Positions 1-8,538 of a stretch of DNA of 61,863 nucleotides are shown here, piece by piece (within the stretch, counting starts at the first letter, position 1; every line of letters starts with the position of its first letter). The translations under genes and the position numbers were made by a program. Origin of the DNA: Alphaproteobacteria bacterium (GTDB lineage: Bacteria; Pseudomonadota; Alphaproteobacteria; SHWA01); assembly GCA_009693995.1 (NCBI GenBank), contig SHWA01000003.1, forward strand, positions 1 to 61,863, in the 5' to 3' direction. The notes under the pieces were generated by a model. That model did no database searches. It worked only from the letters and a program-made list of their open reading frames with translations, and was not told the origin of the DNA.

Positions 1-76
1 CGTTGCGGTCCTTGACGACGGATTCCAGACGAACCCGGTCAGCCGACGTGACGGTGATGGATATCCCAGTGCGCAT
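1..76 (-). mobile_element. IS630-family-like transposase, N-terminal 25 codons only (runs off the left edge)
   Basis: Reverse-strand reading from the ATG at 76..74 gives MRTGISITVTSADRVRLESVVKDRN. This resembles the N-terminal HTH region of IS630-type transposases as I remember them (...SDRxRLExxVxDRN...). Only a stub is visible. Confidence 0.4.
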
Positions 77-250
77 GCGCCAGACTCGCACGCGCAATCC
101 ACCAGGGGAATCCCTCCCAGGACTCTTGTGTCAGGCAGGAACCACTAGGTATGCCGTCGCAGGGGGCGGCGATTCGATCTGGCAAGGTGTGCCCTACTCG
201 GCGATGATCGCCAGGACCCCTTCCCGCGCAGCCTGGTCGGAGTACCTCCC

Positions 251-1984
251 ATGGCCCTCGATCCCGTTACCCTCGCCCTGGTGCAGAAGCGCCTCGATCA
301 TATCTCCCGCCAGATGGGGTGGGTGATGACGCGCACCGCGCGCAGTCCGATCTTCAGCCACGCCCACGACTTCTCCTGTTTTCTGACCGACCGCCAGGGA
401 ACCCTGGTCTCCCAGGCCGACGGCATCCCGATCCACACCGGCGGCGGCGGGTTCGCGGCGCGCGCCATGATCAAATTCTGGGGCGACGACATCGGCCCCG
501 AGGACGCGATCGTCCTCTCCGACCCCTACACCGCCGGCGGCAACCACCTGCCCGACTGGGTGATCGCACGCCCCGTCTATGCCGAGGGAAACGTGGTCGC
601 TTATGCCTGCATCCGCGCGCACCAGTCCGACATCGGCGGCGGCGCCGCCGGCACCTACAACCCGACCGCGACCGAGATCTTCCACGAGGGCATCCGCCTG
701 CCCCCGCTCAAGCTGGTGCGGGACGGCGTGATCCTGGAAGATTTGTGGCAGTTGCTGCTGATCAACTCGCGCACCCCCCATTATCTGGACGGCGACCTGC
801 GCGCCATGCTGGGCGCAACCCGGATCGGCGCCGACCACGTCGCCGCCCTGATCGGCGAGTACGGCGTCGGCGACGGGCTGGCCTACGTGAGCGGCGTCCT
901 GGACCACGCCGACCGGCGCCTGCGCGCCGCGATTCAAGCCCTGCCCGACGGGGTCTATGCCGGTGAGGACCATCTCGATGACGACTGTTTCACCGATATG
1001 CACATCCCGATCAAGGTGACGGTGACGGTGAAGGGGGATGCGCTGACCGTCGATTTCACCGGCTCGCACCCGCAGATCAAGGGGTTCAAGAATTCCTCGC
1101 TCGCCAACACCTATTCCTCGGTCTATGTCGGCCTCACCACCTTCTTTGCGCACGACATCCCGCGCAACGAAGGCACTTTCCGTGCCGTGACCATCATTGC
1201 GCCGGAAGGGTCGATCGTGAACGCGAAGGCGCCGGCACCGATGACCATGAACACGGTGTTCCCGGCCTGCGAGATCATCCACTCGATCTGGATCGCCCTC
1301 GCCCAGGCCGATCCCCGCAATGCCTGTGCCGGCTGGGGCCCCAACGCCTTCCCGATCACATCGGGGCGGAACGCCGCCGACGAGACCTTCGTCATGTACC
1401 ACTGGTTCGGTTCTTCGGGCGGCGGCGCGGTCGAGGGTCGCGACGGATTTCCGCAGCAGGGGGGACTGAACGCCCTCGGTGGCCTGGTGATCCCGAACGC
1501 CGAGACCTTCGAGCAGCTCTATCCCGTGCGCTTCCTGCGCCGGCGGCTGCGGCAGGACACGGGCGGCGCCGGCAGGTTCCGCGGCGGCCCCGGCGTCGAG
1601 TACGAGATCGACATGAACGTGCCCTTGCAGGTCGCCTTTCGCGGCGAAGGCTACAAGAGCGAGAAGGCGCACGGGATCGTCGGCGGTCGTTCCGGCGCCA
1701 TGGGCCGCATGCGGGTGACGCCTAAGGGGGCCGAGCCGTTCACGCCGCCGAGCTACGGCATCATCCATACCAAGACCCCGATCCACCTCTCCGTGCACTC
1801 CCCCGGCGGTGGCGGGTTGGGCGATCCTTTGGCCCGCGACCCCGCCCTGGTGCTGCGTGACGTGCGCGATTGCGTCGTCAGCCGCGAGCGGGCGGACAGT
1901 GTCTATGGCGTGGTCCTCGCGGACGACGGGCGGAGCGTGGACGGGGCGGCCACCGCCCGCCGCCGCGCCCGCGCCGCCGAATAG
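251..1984 (+). CDS. hyuB: hydantoinase B / oxoprolinase family protein
   Basis: 577-aa ORF. The N-terminus MALDPVTLALVQKRLDHISRQMGWVMTRTARSPIFSHAHDFSCFLTD and the overall length are typical of the HyuB family. GGAG lies 8 nt upstream of the ATG. Confidence 0.9.
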   Translation: MALDPVTLALVQKRLDHISRQMGWVMTRTARSPIFSHAHDFSCFLTDRQGTLVSQADGIPIHTGGGGFAARAMIKFWGDDIGPEDAIVLSDPYTAGGNHLPDWVIARPVYAEGNVVAYACIRAHQSDIGGGAAGTYNPTATEIFHEGIRLPPLKLVRDGVILEDLWQLLLINSRTPHYLDGDLRAMLGATRIGADHVAALIGEYGVGDGLAYVSGVLDHADRRLRAAIQALPDGVYAGEDHLDDDCFTDMHIPIKVTVTVKGDALTVDFTGSHPQIKGFKNSSLANTYSSVYVGLTTFFAHDIPRNEGTFRAVTIIAPEGSIVNAKAPAPMTMNTVFPACEIIHSIWIALAQADPRNACAGWGPNAFPITSGRNAADETFVMYHWFGSSGGGAVEGRDGFPQQGGLNALGGLVIPNAETFEQLYPVRFLRRRLRQDTGGAGRFRGGPGVEYEIDMNVPLQVAFRGEGYKSEKAHGIVGGRSGAMGRMRVTPKGAEPFTPPSYGIIHTKTPIHLSVHSPGGGGLGDPLARDPALVLRDVRDCVVSRERADSVYGVVLADDGRSVDGAATARRRARAAE

Positions 1985-1995
1985 CGGACAGGCCC

Positions 1996-2730
1996 ATGCG
2001 CCTCCAGGGCAAGGTCGCGATCATCACCGGCGCGGCCTCGGGCATCGGCCTCGCCAGCGCGGAGTTGTTCGCAGCCGAGGGAGCCCATGTGGTCGCGGTC
2101 GACCGCGACGCCGCGGCACTCAAGGGGGTGGGCGAGCGCGGCTACGCCGCCGACGTGACCGACTGGGCCGTGACCGAGCAGACCGTCGCCGACGTGCTGG
2201 CGCACTACGGCAAGATCGACGTGCTGATGACCTCGGCCGGGGTCAGCCTGGGCGGCGACACCCTCACCACCACGTTCGCGAACTGGGATCGGGTCTTCGC
2301 CGTCAACGTCAAGGGCACGTACTTGTGGATTCGCGCCGTGGTGCCGGCGATGCTGAAACGCGGCGCGGGCTCGATCGTGACGGTGGCTTCCCAGCTCGCC
2401 TTCTCGGGCGCCCCTGGCAACACCGCCTATGTCGCGTCCAAGGGCGCGATCGTCAGCATGACGCGCTCGATCGCGGTCGAGTTCGCCAAGGCCGGCATCC
2501 GGGTGAACGCGCTGGTGCCCGGCGCGACCGAGACGCCGCTGATGAACCGCTCCGCCGACCGCCAGCCGGACCCGCAAGCCGCGCGGGCCACGCGGCGCGC
2601 CCGCCACGCCATGGGCCGCTTCGGCGCGGCGATCGAGAGCGCGTACGGGGCGCTCTACCTCGCCAGCGACGAAAGCTCGTTCACCACCGGCGCCGAGTTG
2701 AAGGTGGACGGCGGCTGGATCGCGGCGTGA
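1996..2730 (+). CDS. SDR family oxidoreductase
   Basis: Internal ATG of the 1870..2730 ORF. MRLQGKVAIITGAASGIG carries the TGxxxGIG Rossmann motif, and YVASKGA is the YxxxK catalytic motif. The N-terminal extension in the track is Arg/Pro-rich junk. Confidence 0.9.
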   Translation: MRLQGKVAIITGAASGIGLASAELFAAEGAHVVAVDRDAAALKGVGERGYAADVTDWAVTEQTVADVLAHYGKIDVLMTSAGVSLGGDTLTTTFANWDRVFAVNVKGTYLWIRAVVPAMLKRGAGSIVTVASQLAFSGAPGNTAYVASKGAIVSMTRSIAVEFAKAGIRVNALVPGATETPLMNRSADRQPDPQAARATRRARHAMGRFGAAIESAYGALYLASDESSFTTGAELKVDGGWIAA

Positions 2731-2865
2731 GCCGACGAGCCGCTTGCGGGGTTGCGGCTCCCGGCCGTAGATTCAACTCCGCCGGGGTAACGCGGTCTCC
2801 CGGTGCTACAGGCTCCGCGAGCCCAAGCACCGCTTCTTCCTTCGGATGAGGGAAGGAGTACTGCC

Positions 2866-3546
2866 ATGGCTCGATCCAAGTCCTCCATCGCCATCGCCGA
2901 CCTCGCCGCTCGCATCGGCACCGACCGTGCGCTGGTCGTACTCGACGTGCGCCGCGAGGCGGCCTTTGCGAGCGCCGAGCGCGTGATCGCGACCGCCGCG
3001 TGGCGCGACCACGGCCGCGTCGCGGAGTGGGCGCACCAGTTGCCGGCCGGCGCCGAGATCGTGGTCTACTGCGTCCACGGCCACCAGGTCAGCCAGAGCG
3101 CGGCGGCGCGGCTCCAGGCCCTCGGCTTCGCCGCGCGCTATCTGGATGGTGGCATCGAAGGGTTCGCCGCCGCCGGCGGGGCGACGGTGCTCAAGGCCAC
3201 CCTGCAGGAGGCCGGCCATGCTGCGGGGCCATGGGTCACGCGCGAGGCGCCCAAGATCGACCGCATCGCGTGTCCCTGGCTGATCCGGCGCTTTGTCGAC
3301 TCGAGCGCCGAGTTCCTGTTCGTCGCCGCCGACGGCGTCGCGGCGGATACCGGCCATCCCGAGCTCGCGCCCCAGGCGGCCGGGCTGCTCGCGGTCTCGC
3401 TCGGGCTCTCGGTCCTCTATCCAGACGACCGGGAAATGCTGGAGAAGGGCATGCTGGTCTACGATTCGCTCCTCGCCTGGTGCCGGCACGCCCGCGCCGA
3501 GGCCCACGGCTGGCCGCCAGCCCCGAACCCCGTGGCCGGGCGATGA
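2866..3546 (+). CDS. rhodanese-like domain fused to a chromate-resistance (ChrB C-terminal-type) domain
   Basis: Start is at MARSKSS, preceded by GGAAGGAG. VVLDVRR...IVVYCVHGHQVS is a rhodanese-type active-site loop. REAPKIDRIACPWLIRRFVD matches the ChrB C-terminal domain signature. The stop overlaps the chrA start (ATGA). Confidence 0.75.
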   Translation: MARSKSSIAIADLAARIGTDRALVVLDVRREAAFASAERVIATAAWRDHGRVAEWAHQLPAGAEIVVYCVHGHQVSQSAAARLQALGFAARYLDGGIEGFAAAGGATVLKATLQEAGHAAGPWVTREAPKIDRIACPWLIRRFVDSSAEFLFVAADGVAADTGHPELAPQAAGLLAVSLGLSVLYPDDREMLEKGMLVYDSLLAWCRHARAEAHGWPPAPNPVAGR

Positions 3547-4940
3547 GCGCGGGCACGACGGCCGCCGCCCAGCCGGCGGCCGCACCGGCCGTCGCGTTCG
3601 GCACGGCGGTTGGGGTCTGGCTGCAGATCGGGCTGACCTCCTTCGGCGGCCCGGCCGGGCAGATCGCCCTGATGCACCGGGTACTGGTGGAGGAGAAGCG
3701 CTGGATCGGCGAGGCGCGGTTCCTGCACGCCCTCAACTACTGCATGCTGCTGCCGGGGCCGGAGGCGATGCAGCTTGCGACCTATGTCGGCTGGCTGCTG
3801 CACGGCACGCGCGGCGGGCTGGTGGCCGGCACGCTCTTCATCCTGCCCGGCTTCCTGGTGATCATGGCCTTGAGCGCGCTCTACGCCGGGTTTCAGGACC
3901 TCTCGCTGGTGCAGGCGATCTTCTTCGGCATCAAGGCGGCGGTGCTCGCCGTGGTATTCGACGCGGTGCTCAGGATCGCCCGGCGCGCGCTTGGCAATGC
4001 GCTGCTCACGGCGCTCGCCGCCGTGTCGTTCATCGGTATCTTCTTCTTCGACGTGCCGTTCCCGGTGATCGTGATCGCGGCCGGCGTGTTCGGCTTCTTC
4101 GGCCAGTCGCGGGCGCCAGCGCTCTTCGTCGGCAAGGGCGCGCACGGCCCCGCGCAGGCGGGCGCCGAGGACACCGGGCCTGAGCCGAGCTTGCGCACCG
4201 TGCCGGCGACGGCGGCGCGGGCGCTCGGCGTGCTTGGGGTCTGGCTGCCGCTCTGGTTTGGGCCGATCCTGCTGCTCGTTTTGACCGTCGGCAGCAGCGA
4301 CATCTACGCCCGGCTCGCGGTCTTCTTCAGCAAGATGGCGGTGGTGACCTTCGGCGGCGCCTACGCCGTGCTGGCCTACGTGGCCCAGGCGGCAGTCGAG
4401 GACTTCGGCTGGCTCCGCCCCGGCGAGATGCTGGATGGCCTCGGCCTGGCCGAGACCACGCCGGGGCCGCTCATCCTGGTGCTGCAATACGTCGGCTTCC
4501 TGGCGAGCTTCCGCGATCCCGGCTCGCTCGATCCCTTCCTCGCCGGGGCGATCGGGGGTGCGCTCGTCGTCTGGGTCACCTTCGTGCCGTGTTTCCTGTG
4601 GATCTTCCTGGGCGCGCCCTATGTCGAGCGGCTGCGTGAGAACCAGCGATTGAGCGCCGCGCTGACCGCGATCACCGCGGCGGTCGTGGGCGTGATCCTC
4701 AACCTCGCCGCCTGGTTCGCGCTCCATGTGCTGTTCCGAACCGTCGACACGGTCCGGATCGGCCCGCTCAAGCTGGAGGTGCCGGCGCTCGCCAGCCTCG
4801 ACACGGCGGCGCTGGTGCTGGCGGCTCTGGCGGTGCTCGCGCTGTTCCGCGTCAAGGTCGGCATGCTGCCCACCCTGGCTGGCTGTGCCGCCCTCGGCGC
4901 GCTTTATCGGCTGGTGCTGGTGCCGCTTCTCGGCGCCTGA
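3543..4940 (+). CDS. chrA: chromate efflux transporter ChrA
   Basis: Internal ATG of the 3000..4940 ORF. LQIGLTSFGGPAGQIALMHRVLVEEKRWIGEARFLHALNYCMLLPGPEAMQLATYVGW, and a second repeat VVTFGGAYAVLAYV...GLGLAETTPGPLILV, give the duplicated CHR-family architecture. Confidence 0.9.
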   Translation: MSAGTTAAAQPAAAPAVAFGTAVGVWLQIGLTSFGGPAGQIALMHRVLVEEKRWIGEARFLHALNYCMLLPGPEAMQLATYVGWLLHGTRGGLVAGTLFILPGFLVIMALSALYAGFQDLSLVQAIFFGIKAAVLAVVFDAVLRIARRALGNALLTALAAVSFIGIFFFDVPFPVIVIAAGVFGFFGQSRAPALFVGKGAHGPAQAGAEDTGPEPSLRTVPATAARALGVLGVWLPLWFGPILLLVLTVGSSDIYARLAVFFSKMAVVTFGGAYAVLAYVAQAAVEDFGWLRPGEMLDGLGLAETTPGPLILVLQYVGFLASFRDPGSLDPFLAGAIGGALVVWVTFVPCFLWIFLGAPYVERLRENQRLSAALTAITAAVVGVILNLAAWFALHVLFRTVDTVRIGPLKLEVPALASLDTAALVLAALAVLALFRVKVGMLPTLAGCAALGALYRLVLVPLLGA

Positions 4941-4943
4941 GGC

Positions 4944-5747
4944 TCAGGCCGGCCGGCCGCGGCCACCCATGAGGGCGGCGCCGGTCGCGAGGGCGAAGAG
5001 CAGCGCCAGCGCCACCACGATCGCCGGCCCCGAGGGCAGGTTCCAGTAGAGCGAGGCGGCGAGGCCGAGGCCGACCGCGACCACGCCGACCAGCGCGCCG
5101 CCGGCCGCCATCTGTTCCGGGCTGCGAGCAACGTGGCGCGCGGTGGCCGCCGGGATGATCAGGAGCGCAGTCACCAGCAGGATGCCGACGACCTTCATGG
5201 CGAGGGCGATCACGGTCGCGATCAGCACCATGAAGGCGACCTGCACGGCGACCACGGGCACGCCTTCGACCCGGGCCAGATCCTCGTGGATGGTGATGCG
5301 GAGCAGCGGACGCCAGATCACGGCGAGGGCGATCAGGCCGGCGGCGCCGCCGCCGTAAATCCACAGCAGATCGGCCCCGGTCACCGCCAGGATGTCGCCG
5401 AACAGATAGGTGATCAGATCCACGCGCACGGTCTCCAGGAAGGCGATCGCGACCAGCCCGAAGGAGAGCGCGCTGTGGGACAGAATCCCGAGCAGGGTGT
5501 CGGAGGAGAGCCGCTGCTGCCGGCGCAGCAATGTCAGCACCACGGCGACCGCGACGCAGACGGCGATCACGCCCAAGGTCGGGTCGAAGCCGAGCAGCAA
5601 GCCGAGGGCGATGCCGAGGAGGGAGGCATGCGCCAGGGTGTCGCCGAAATAGGCCATGCGCCGCCACACCACGAACGAGCCGACCGGCGCCATGACCGCG
5701 GCGAGCCCGGCGCCGGCGACGGCGGCGCGGACCAGGAAGTCATCCAT
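4944..5747 (-). CDS. znuB: zinc ABC transporter permease ZnuB
   Basis: 267-aa polytopic membrane protein. MDDFLVRAAVAGAGLA...MAYFGDTLAHASLLGIALG is typical of ZnuB/ABC-3 permeases. It lies downstream of znuC with an 8-nt overlap. Confidence 0.9.
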   Translation of the reverse strand: MDDFLVRAAVAGAGLAAVMAPVGSFVVWRRMAYFGDTLAHASLLGIALGLLLGFDPTLGVIAVCVAVAVVLTLLRRQQRLSSDTLLGILSHSALSFGLVAIAFLETVRVDLITYLFGDILAVTGADLLWIYGGGAAGLIALAVIWRPLLRITIHEDLARVEGVPVVAVQVAFMVLIATVIALAMKVVGILLVTALLIIPAATARHVARSPEQMAAGGALVGVVAVGLGLAASLYWNLPSGPAIVVALALLFALATGAALMGGRGRPA

Positions 5748-6507
5748 GGTGGTGATCGGGAACCGGCTGGCCCGAGAGCGCGTGGGTGTGGTCGTGGGCG
5801 TGGGTATAGAGCGCGACCGTCTCCGCCACCCGGCGCCCGAACAGGGCGAGATAGGCCGGGTCCGCGCGCACCCGCTCGGGCCGGCCGCTGCAACAGATGT
5901 GCCGGTTGAGGCAGACCACGTGGTCGGTCGCCGCCATCACCAGATGCAGGTCGTGGGAGACCAGCAGGACGGCGCAGCCGCGCCGGTCGCGCAGGCCCCG
6001 CACCAGGTCGTAGAACTCGGCCTGGCCGGTCACGTCGATCTGTGCGGTCGGCTCGTCCAGCACCAGCACGTCGGGATCGCGCAGGAGGGCCCGCGCCAGC
6101 AGCACCCGCCGCGCCTCGCCGCCCGAGAGGTCGTGGAACTGGCGCGCCGCCAGGGCGCCCGCGCCGACCTCTTCCAGCGCGGCGGCGATGGCACGGTGGC
6201 CGCGCGGCGCGCCGAGGGTGAGGAACCGGCCGACGGCGAGCGGCAGGGTGCGGTCGAGGTGCAGCGCCTGGGGCATGTAGCCGAAGCGGAGGCCGGGGGT
6301 GCGCTCGACCCGGCCCAAGGCGGGTGCGATCAGGCCGAGCAGGGTCCGCACCAGGGTGGTCTTGCCGGAGCCGTTGGGGCCGATCAGGGTGACGATTTCA
6401 CCGCCATGGAGGGCGAGGTCGATCTCCTCCAGCACGCGGCGGCGGCCGAAGTCGACCGAGACCCCGTGCGCCGCCAGGCGCACGCCGCTGCCATCGTCAC
6501 GCGGCAT
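5740..6507 (-). CDS. znuC: zinc ABC transporter ATP-binding protein ZnuC
   Basis: Walker A GPNGSGKTT, signature LSGGE and Walker B LLVLDEP, with a His-rich C-terminal tail (HAHDHTHALSGQPVPDHHHG). Confidence 0.9.
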   Translation of the reverse strand: MPRDDGSGVRLAAHGVSVDFGRRRVLEEIDLALHGGEIVTLIGPNGSGKTTLVRTLLGLIAPALGRVERTPGLRFGYMPQALHLDRTLPLAVGRFLTLGAPRGHRAIAAALEEVGAGALAARQFHDLSGGEARRVLLARALLRDPDVLVLDEPTAQIDVTGQAEFYDLVRGLRDRRGCAVLLVSHDLHLVMAATDHVVCLNRHICCSGRPERVRADPAYLALFGRRVAETVALYTHAHDHTHALSGQPVPDHHHG

Positions 6508-7018
6508 GGGTGGGGTCGCCCGAGCCCGCGTCGCAGCCTGGGCAGAGCCCGGCGATCTCGATCGTTTGGTGGCTGACGCGGAAGCCGAGCGCGGCAGCGC
6601 GGGCCCGCACGAGACGCGCGACTTCGGCGTCCTCCAGCTCGGCGATGGTCCCGCAGCGTCGGCAAATCAGGAATTGGGCGCTGTGGCCATAGCGCGGATC
6701 GTTGCAGCCGACAAAGGCGTTCAGCGACTCGATGCGGTGCACCAGGCCATGTTCGATGAGGAAATCGAGGGCGCGGTAGACGGTGGGCGGGGCGGCACCG
6801 CCGCGCTCCCCCTTCAATTGCTCGAGGATGTCGTAGGCCCGGGCCGGGGCGTGCCGGCTCCAGATCAGTTCCAGCACCCGCCGGCGCAGCGCCGTCAGCC
6901 GGGCGCCCTTCTGGCGGCAGACCAAGTCGGCCGCCGCCAGCGCCGCGGCGACGCAGGCATGGTGGTCGTGGGGGGCTTCGTGGAAGGGCGAGCCGGCGTC
7001 GGCCATGGAGCGTGGCAT
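6497..7018 (-). CDS. zur: Fur-family zinc uptake regulator Zur
   Basis: The winged-helix part is RRRVLELIWSRHAPARAYDILEQL...TVYRALDFLIEHGLVHRIE. The CRRCG and CPGC metal sites are present. It sits directly upstream of znuCB. Confidence 0.85.
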   Translation of the reverse strand: MPRSMADAGSPFHEAPHDHHACVAAALAAADLVCRQKGARLTALRRRVLELIWSRHAPARAYDILEQLKGERGGAAPPTVYRALDFLIEHGLVHRIESLNAFVGCNDPRYGHSAQFLICRRCGTIAELEDAEVARLVRARAAALGFRVSHQTIEIAGLCPGCDAGSGDPTHAA

Positions 7019-7035
7019 CCCGACTGTGTCGTTTG

Positions 7036-7048
7036 GTTATAAGATAAC
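7036..7048. promoter_or_regulatory. candidate Zur box (GTTATaagATAAC palindrome) upstream of zur-znuCB
   Basis: GTTAT-N3-ATAAC inverted repeat in an AT-rich patch 18 nt upstream of the zur start. It shares the GTTAT/ATAAC half-sites with the stronger palindrome at 7502. Confidence 0.55.
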
Positions 7049-7101
7049 ATCAGTGCGCCCGCCAGCCGGTCTTTGGGCCGGCGTCGCCCGTCGCCCTTTG
7101 G

Positions 7102-7404
7102 TCAAAGGCTGATGTTGCAGCCGCAGACTGGGCAGGCCACGCCTTCCCTGAGCGGCGCCTTGACCGATTCCGGGACGGTCTCGTCGGTCAGGATCTTGGT
7201 GATCTCGGCGATCAGGCTGTCGTGGAGCTCGCGTCGCCCGCAGGCTGCGAGATAGGCGGCGGTAGTGTCGGCGGATGCCTCTTGCAGGGTGAAGGCGCGG
7301 GTAGCACCGGTTCCGGCTACGCTCGCGCCCGCGACCAGTTGGATCAGGGAGCGGCGGCTGAGCATGGATCCTGGCCTCGTAACCATCATCGGATCGTTGA
7401 CCAT
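7102..7404 (-). CDS. small Tat-signal, Cys-containing periplasmic protein of unknown function
   Basis: 100-aa ORF, or 87 aa from the ATG at 7365. SRRSLIQLVAGASVAGTGATRAFT looks like a twin-arginine signal. The C-terminus is ACPVCGCNISL. It lies between the two Zur-type palindromes, co-directional with zur. Confidence 0.6.
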   Translation of the reverse strand: MVNDPMMVTRPGSMLSRRSLIQLVAGASVAGTGATRAFTLQEASADTTAAYLAACGRRELHDSLIAEITKILTDETVPESVKAPLREGVACPVCGCNISL

Positions 7405-7501
7405 ACTTCCTTGGCGGCAGGGGATTCAATCAAGTTCCGGGCAATCAACGTGTGCCGACGCGGGTTTGCACCCAGGCACTTGCCTTCGTGGTACCATATG
7501 T

Positions 7502-7515
7502 AATGTTATAACATT
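7502..7515. promoter_or_regulatory. candidate Zur box (perfect 14-bp palindrome AATGTTATAACATT) in the divergent znuA promoter region
   Basis: Perfect palindrome in the only AT-rich stretch of the 7405..7542 intergenic region, 28 nt upstream of the znuA ATG. It overlaps a plausible -10, with TTGCCT at -35 distance. Confidence 0.7.
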
Positions 7516-7542
7516 TAGAGACGTTGGGGCTGGGACAAACGC

Positions 7543-8451
7543 ATGGTCTTTGGGCGGTGGCGGTGGCGCGTGGGGGCGGCCCTGCTGGCATGGCTGGCCG
7601 GCGGGCCGGCCATGGCGGCCGCGCCCAAGGTGGTGGTCACCATCAAGCCGGTCCATGCCCTGGTCGCCAGCGTCATGGCAGGGGTGGGGGAGCCGGTCCT
7701 GCTGATCACCGGCGCGGGCTCGCCGCACACCTATAGCCTCAGGCCGGCGGATGCGCAGGCGATCGGTGCGGCCGCGGTGGTGGTCTGGGTCGGGCCGGCG
7801 CTCGAAGCCTTCCTGCAGAAGCCGCTCCGCGTCCTCGGTGCCGGAGCGCGCCTGATCACCTTGATGCAGGACGCGGGCCTCGATCTGCTCCCGGTACGTG
7901 CCGGCGGCGCCGACCATGGCCATGCCGAGGCGATGGACGCCCACGTCTGGCTGGATCCCGCCAACGCGATCCTGATCGTGCGCCATGTGGCGGCGGTGCT
8001 GGGTGCCGTCGACGGCGCCAATGCGGCCCGTTACCAGGCTAACACCGAACCCGCGGTGGCGGCCATCACGGCCCTCGACCAGGCGATCGCGGCCCGGCTC
8101 GCCGGCGTCAGGGACCGCCCCTATGTGGTGTTCCACGACGCCTACCAGTATTTCGAGCGGCGCTACGGCCTGGCTGCGGCCGGCGCCATCACCGTCAGCC
8201 CCGAGCGCCCGCCGGGTGCCAAGCGGCTCCATGAGATACGGAGCAGGATCATCGCCCTAAAGGCCGGCTGCGTCTTTGCCGAGCCGCAGTTCGCGCCGCC
8301 CCTGGTAGCGACCGTGATCGGCGGGACCGGCGCGCGGGCTGGCGTGCTGGACCCCCTCGGCAGCGCCGAGCCCGCCGGTCCCGGCGCCTATCTCGGCCTC
8401 CTGCGCACCCTGGCGCACAACCTCGGCGACTGCCTGGGCGCGCACCGCTGA
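7543..8451 (+). CDS. znuA: zinc ABC transporter substrate-binding protein ZnuA
   Basis: Signal peptide (LLAWLAGGPAMAAAP). KPVHALVASVMAGVGEPVLLI...GSPHTYSLRPADA and HVWLDP are typical cluster-9 SBP motifs. Confidence 0.9.
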   Translation: MVFGRWRWRVGAALLAWLAGGPAMAAAPKVVVTIKPVHALVASVMAGVGEPVLLITGAGSPHTYSLRPADAQAIGAAAVVVWVGPALEAFLQKPLRVLGAGARLITLMQDAGLDLLPVRAGGADHGHAEAMDAHVWLDPANAILIVRHVAAVLGAVDGANAARYQANTEPAVAAITALDQAIAARLAGVRDRPYVVFHDAYQYFERRYGLAAAGAITVSPERPPGAKRLHEIRSRIIALKAGCVFAEPQFAPPLVATVIGGTGARAGVLDPLGSAEPAGPGAYLGLLRTLAHNLGDCLGAHR

Positions 8452-8538
8452 CCCCGCCGCGTTGACAGGCGCCTCTCACGTCCCCTATGGTCGCCGCCGC
8501 GCCCGCGGGGTGTGGTCGAAGTCGAGAAAGAGGCGGTC

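Noticed and set aside
194-1798. A 534-aa minus-strand ORF antisense to hyuB. Similar long antisense or out-of-frame ORFs include 8645..10213, 22233..24923, 22181..25099, 26352..28088, 28096..29805, 34824..36638, 35171..36802, 43030..45054 and 49484..51172.
   Set aside because: Their translations are monotonous Arg/Gly/Ala/Pro/Asp-rich strings with no recognisable motifs. They overlap genes with clear family signatures on the other strand or frame. Long stop-free shadow frames of this kind are expected in DNA this GC-rich.
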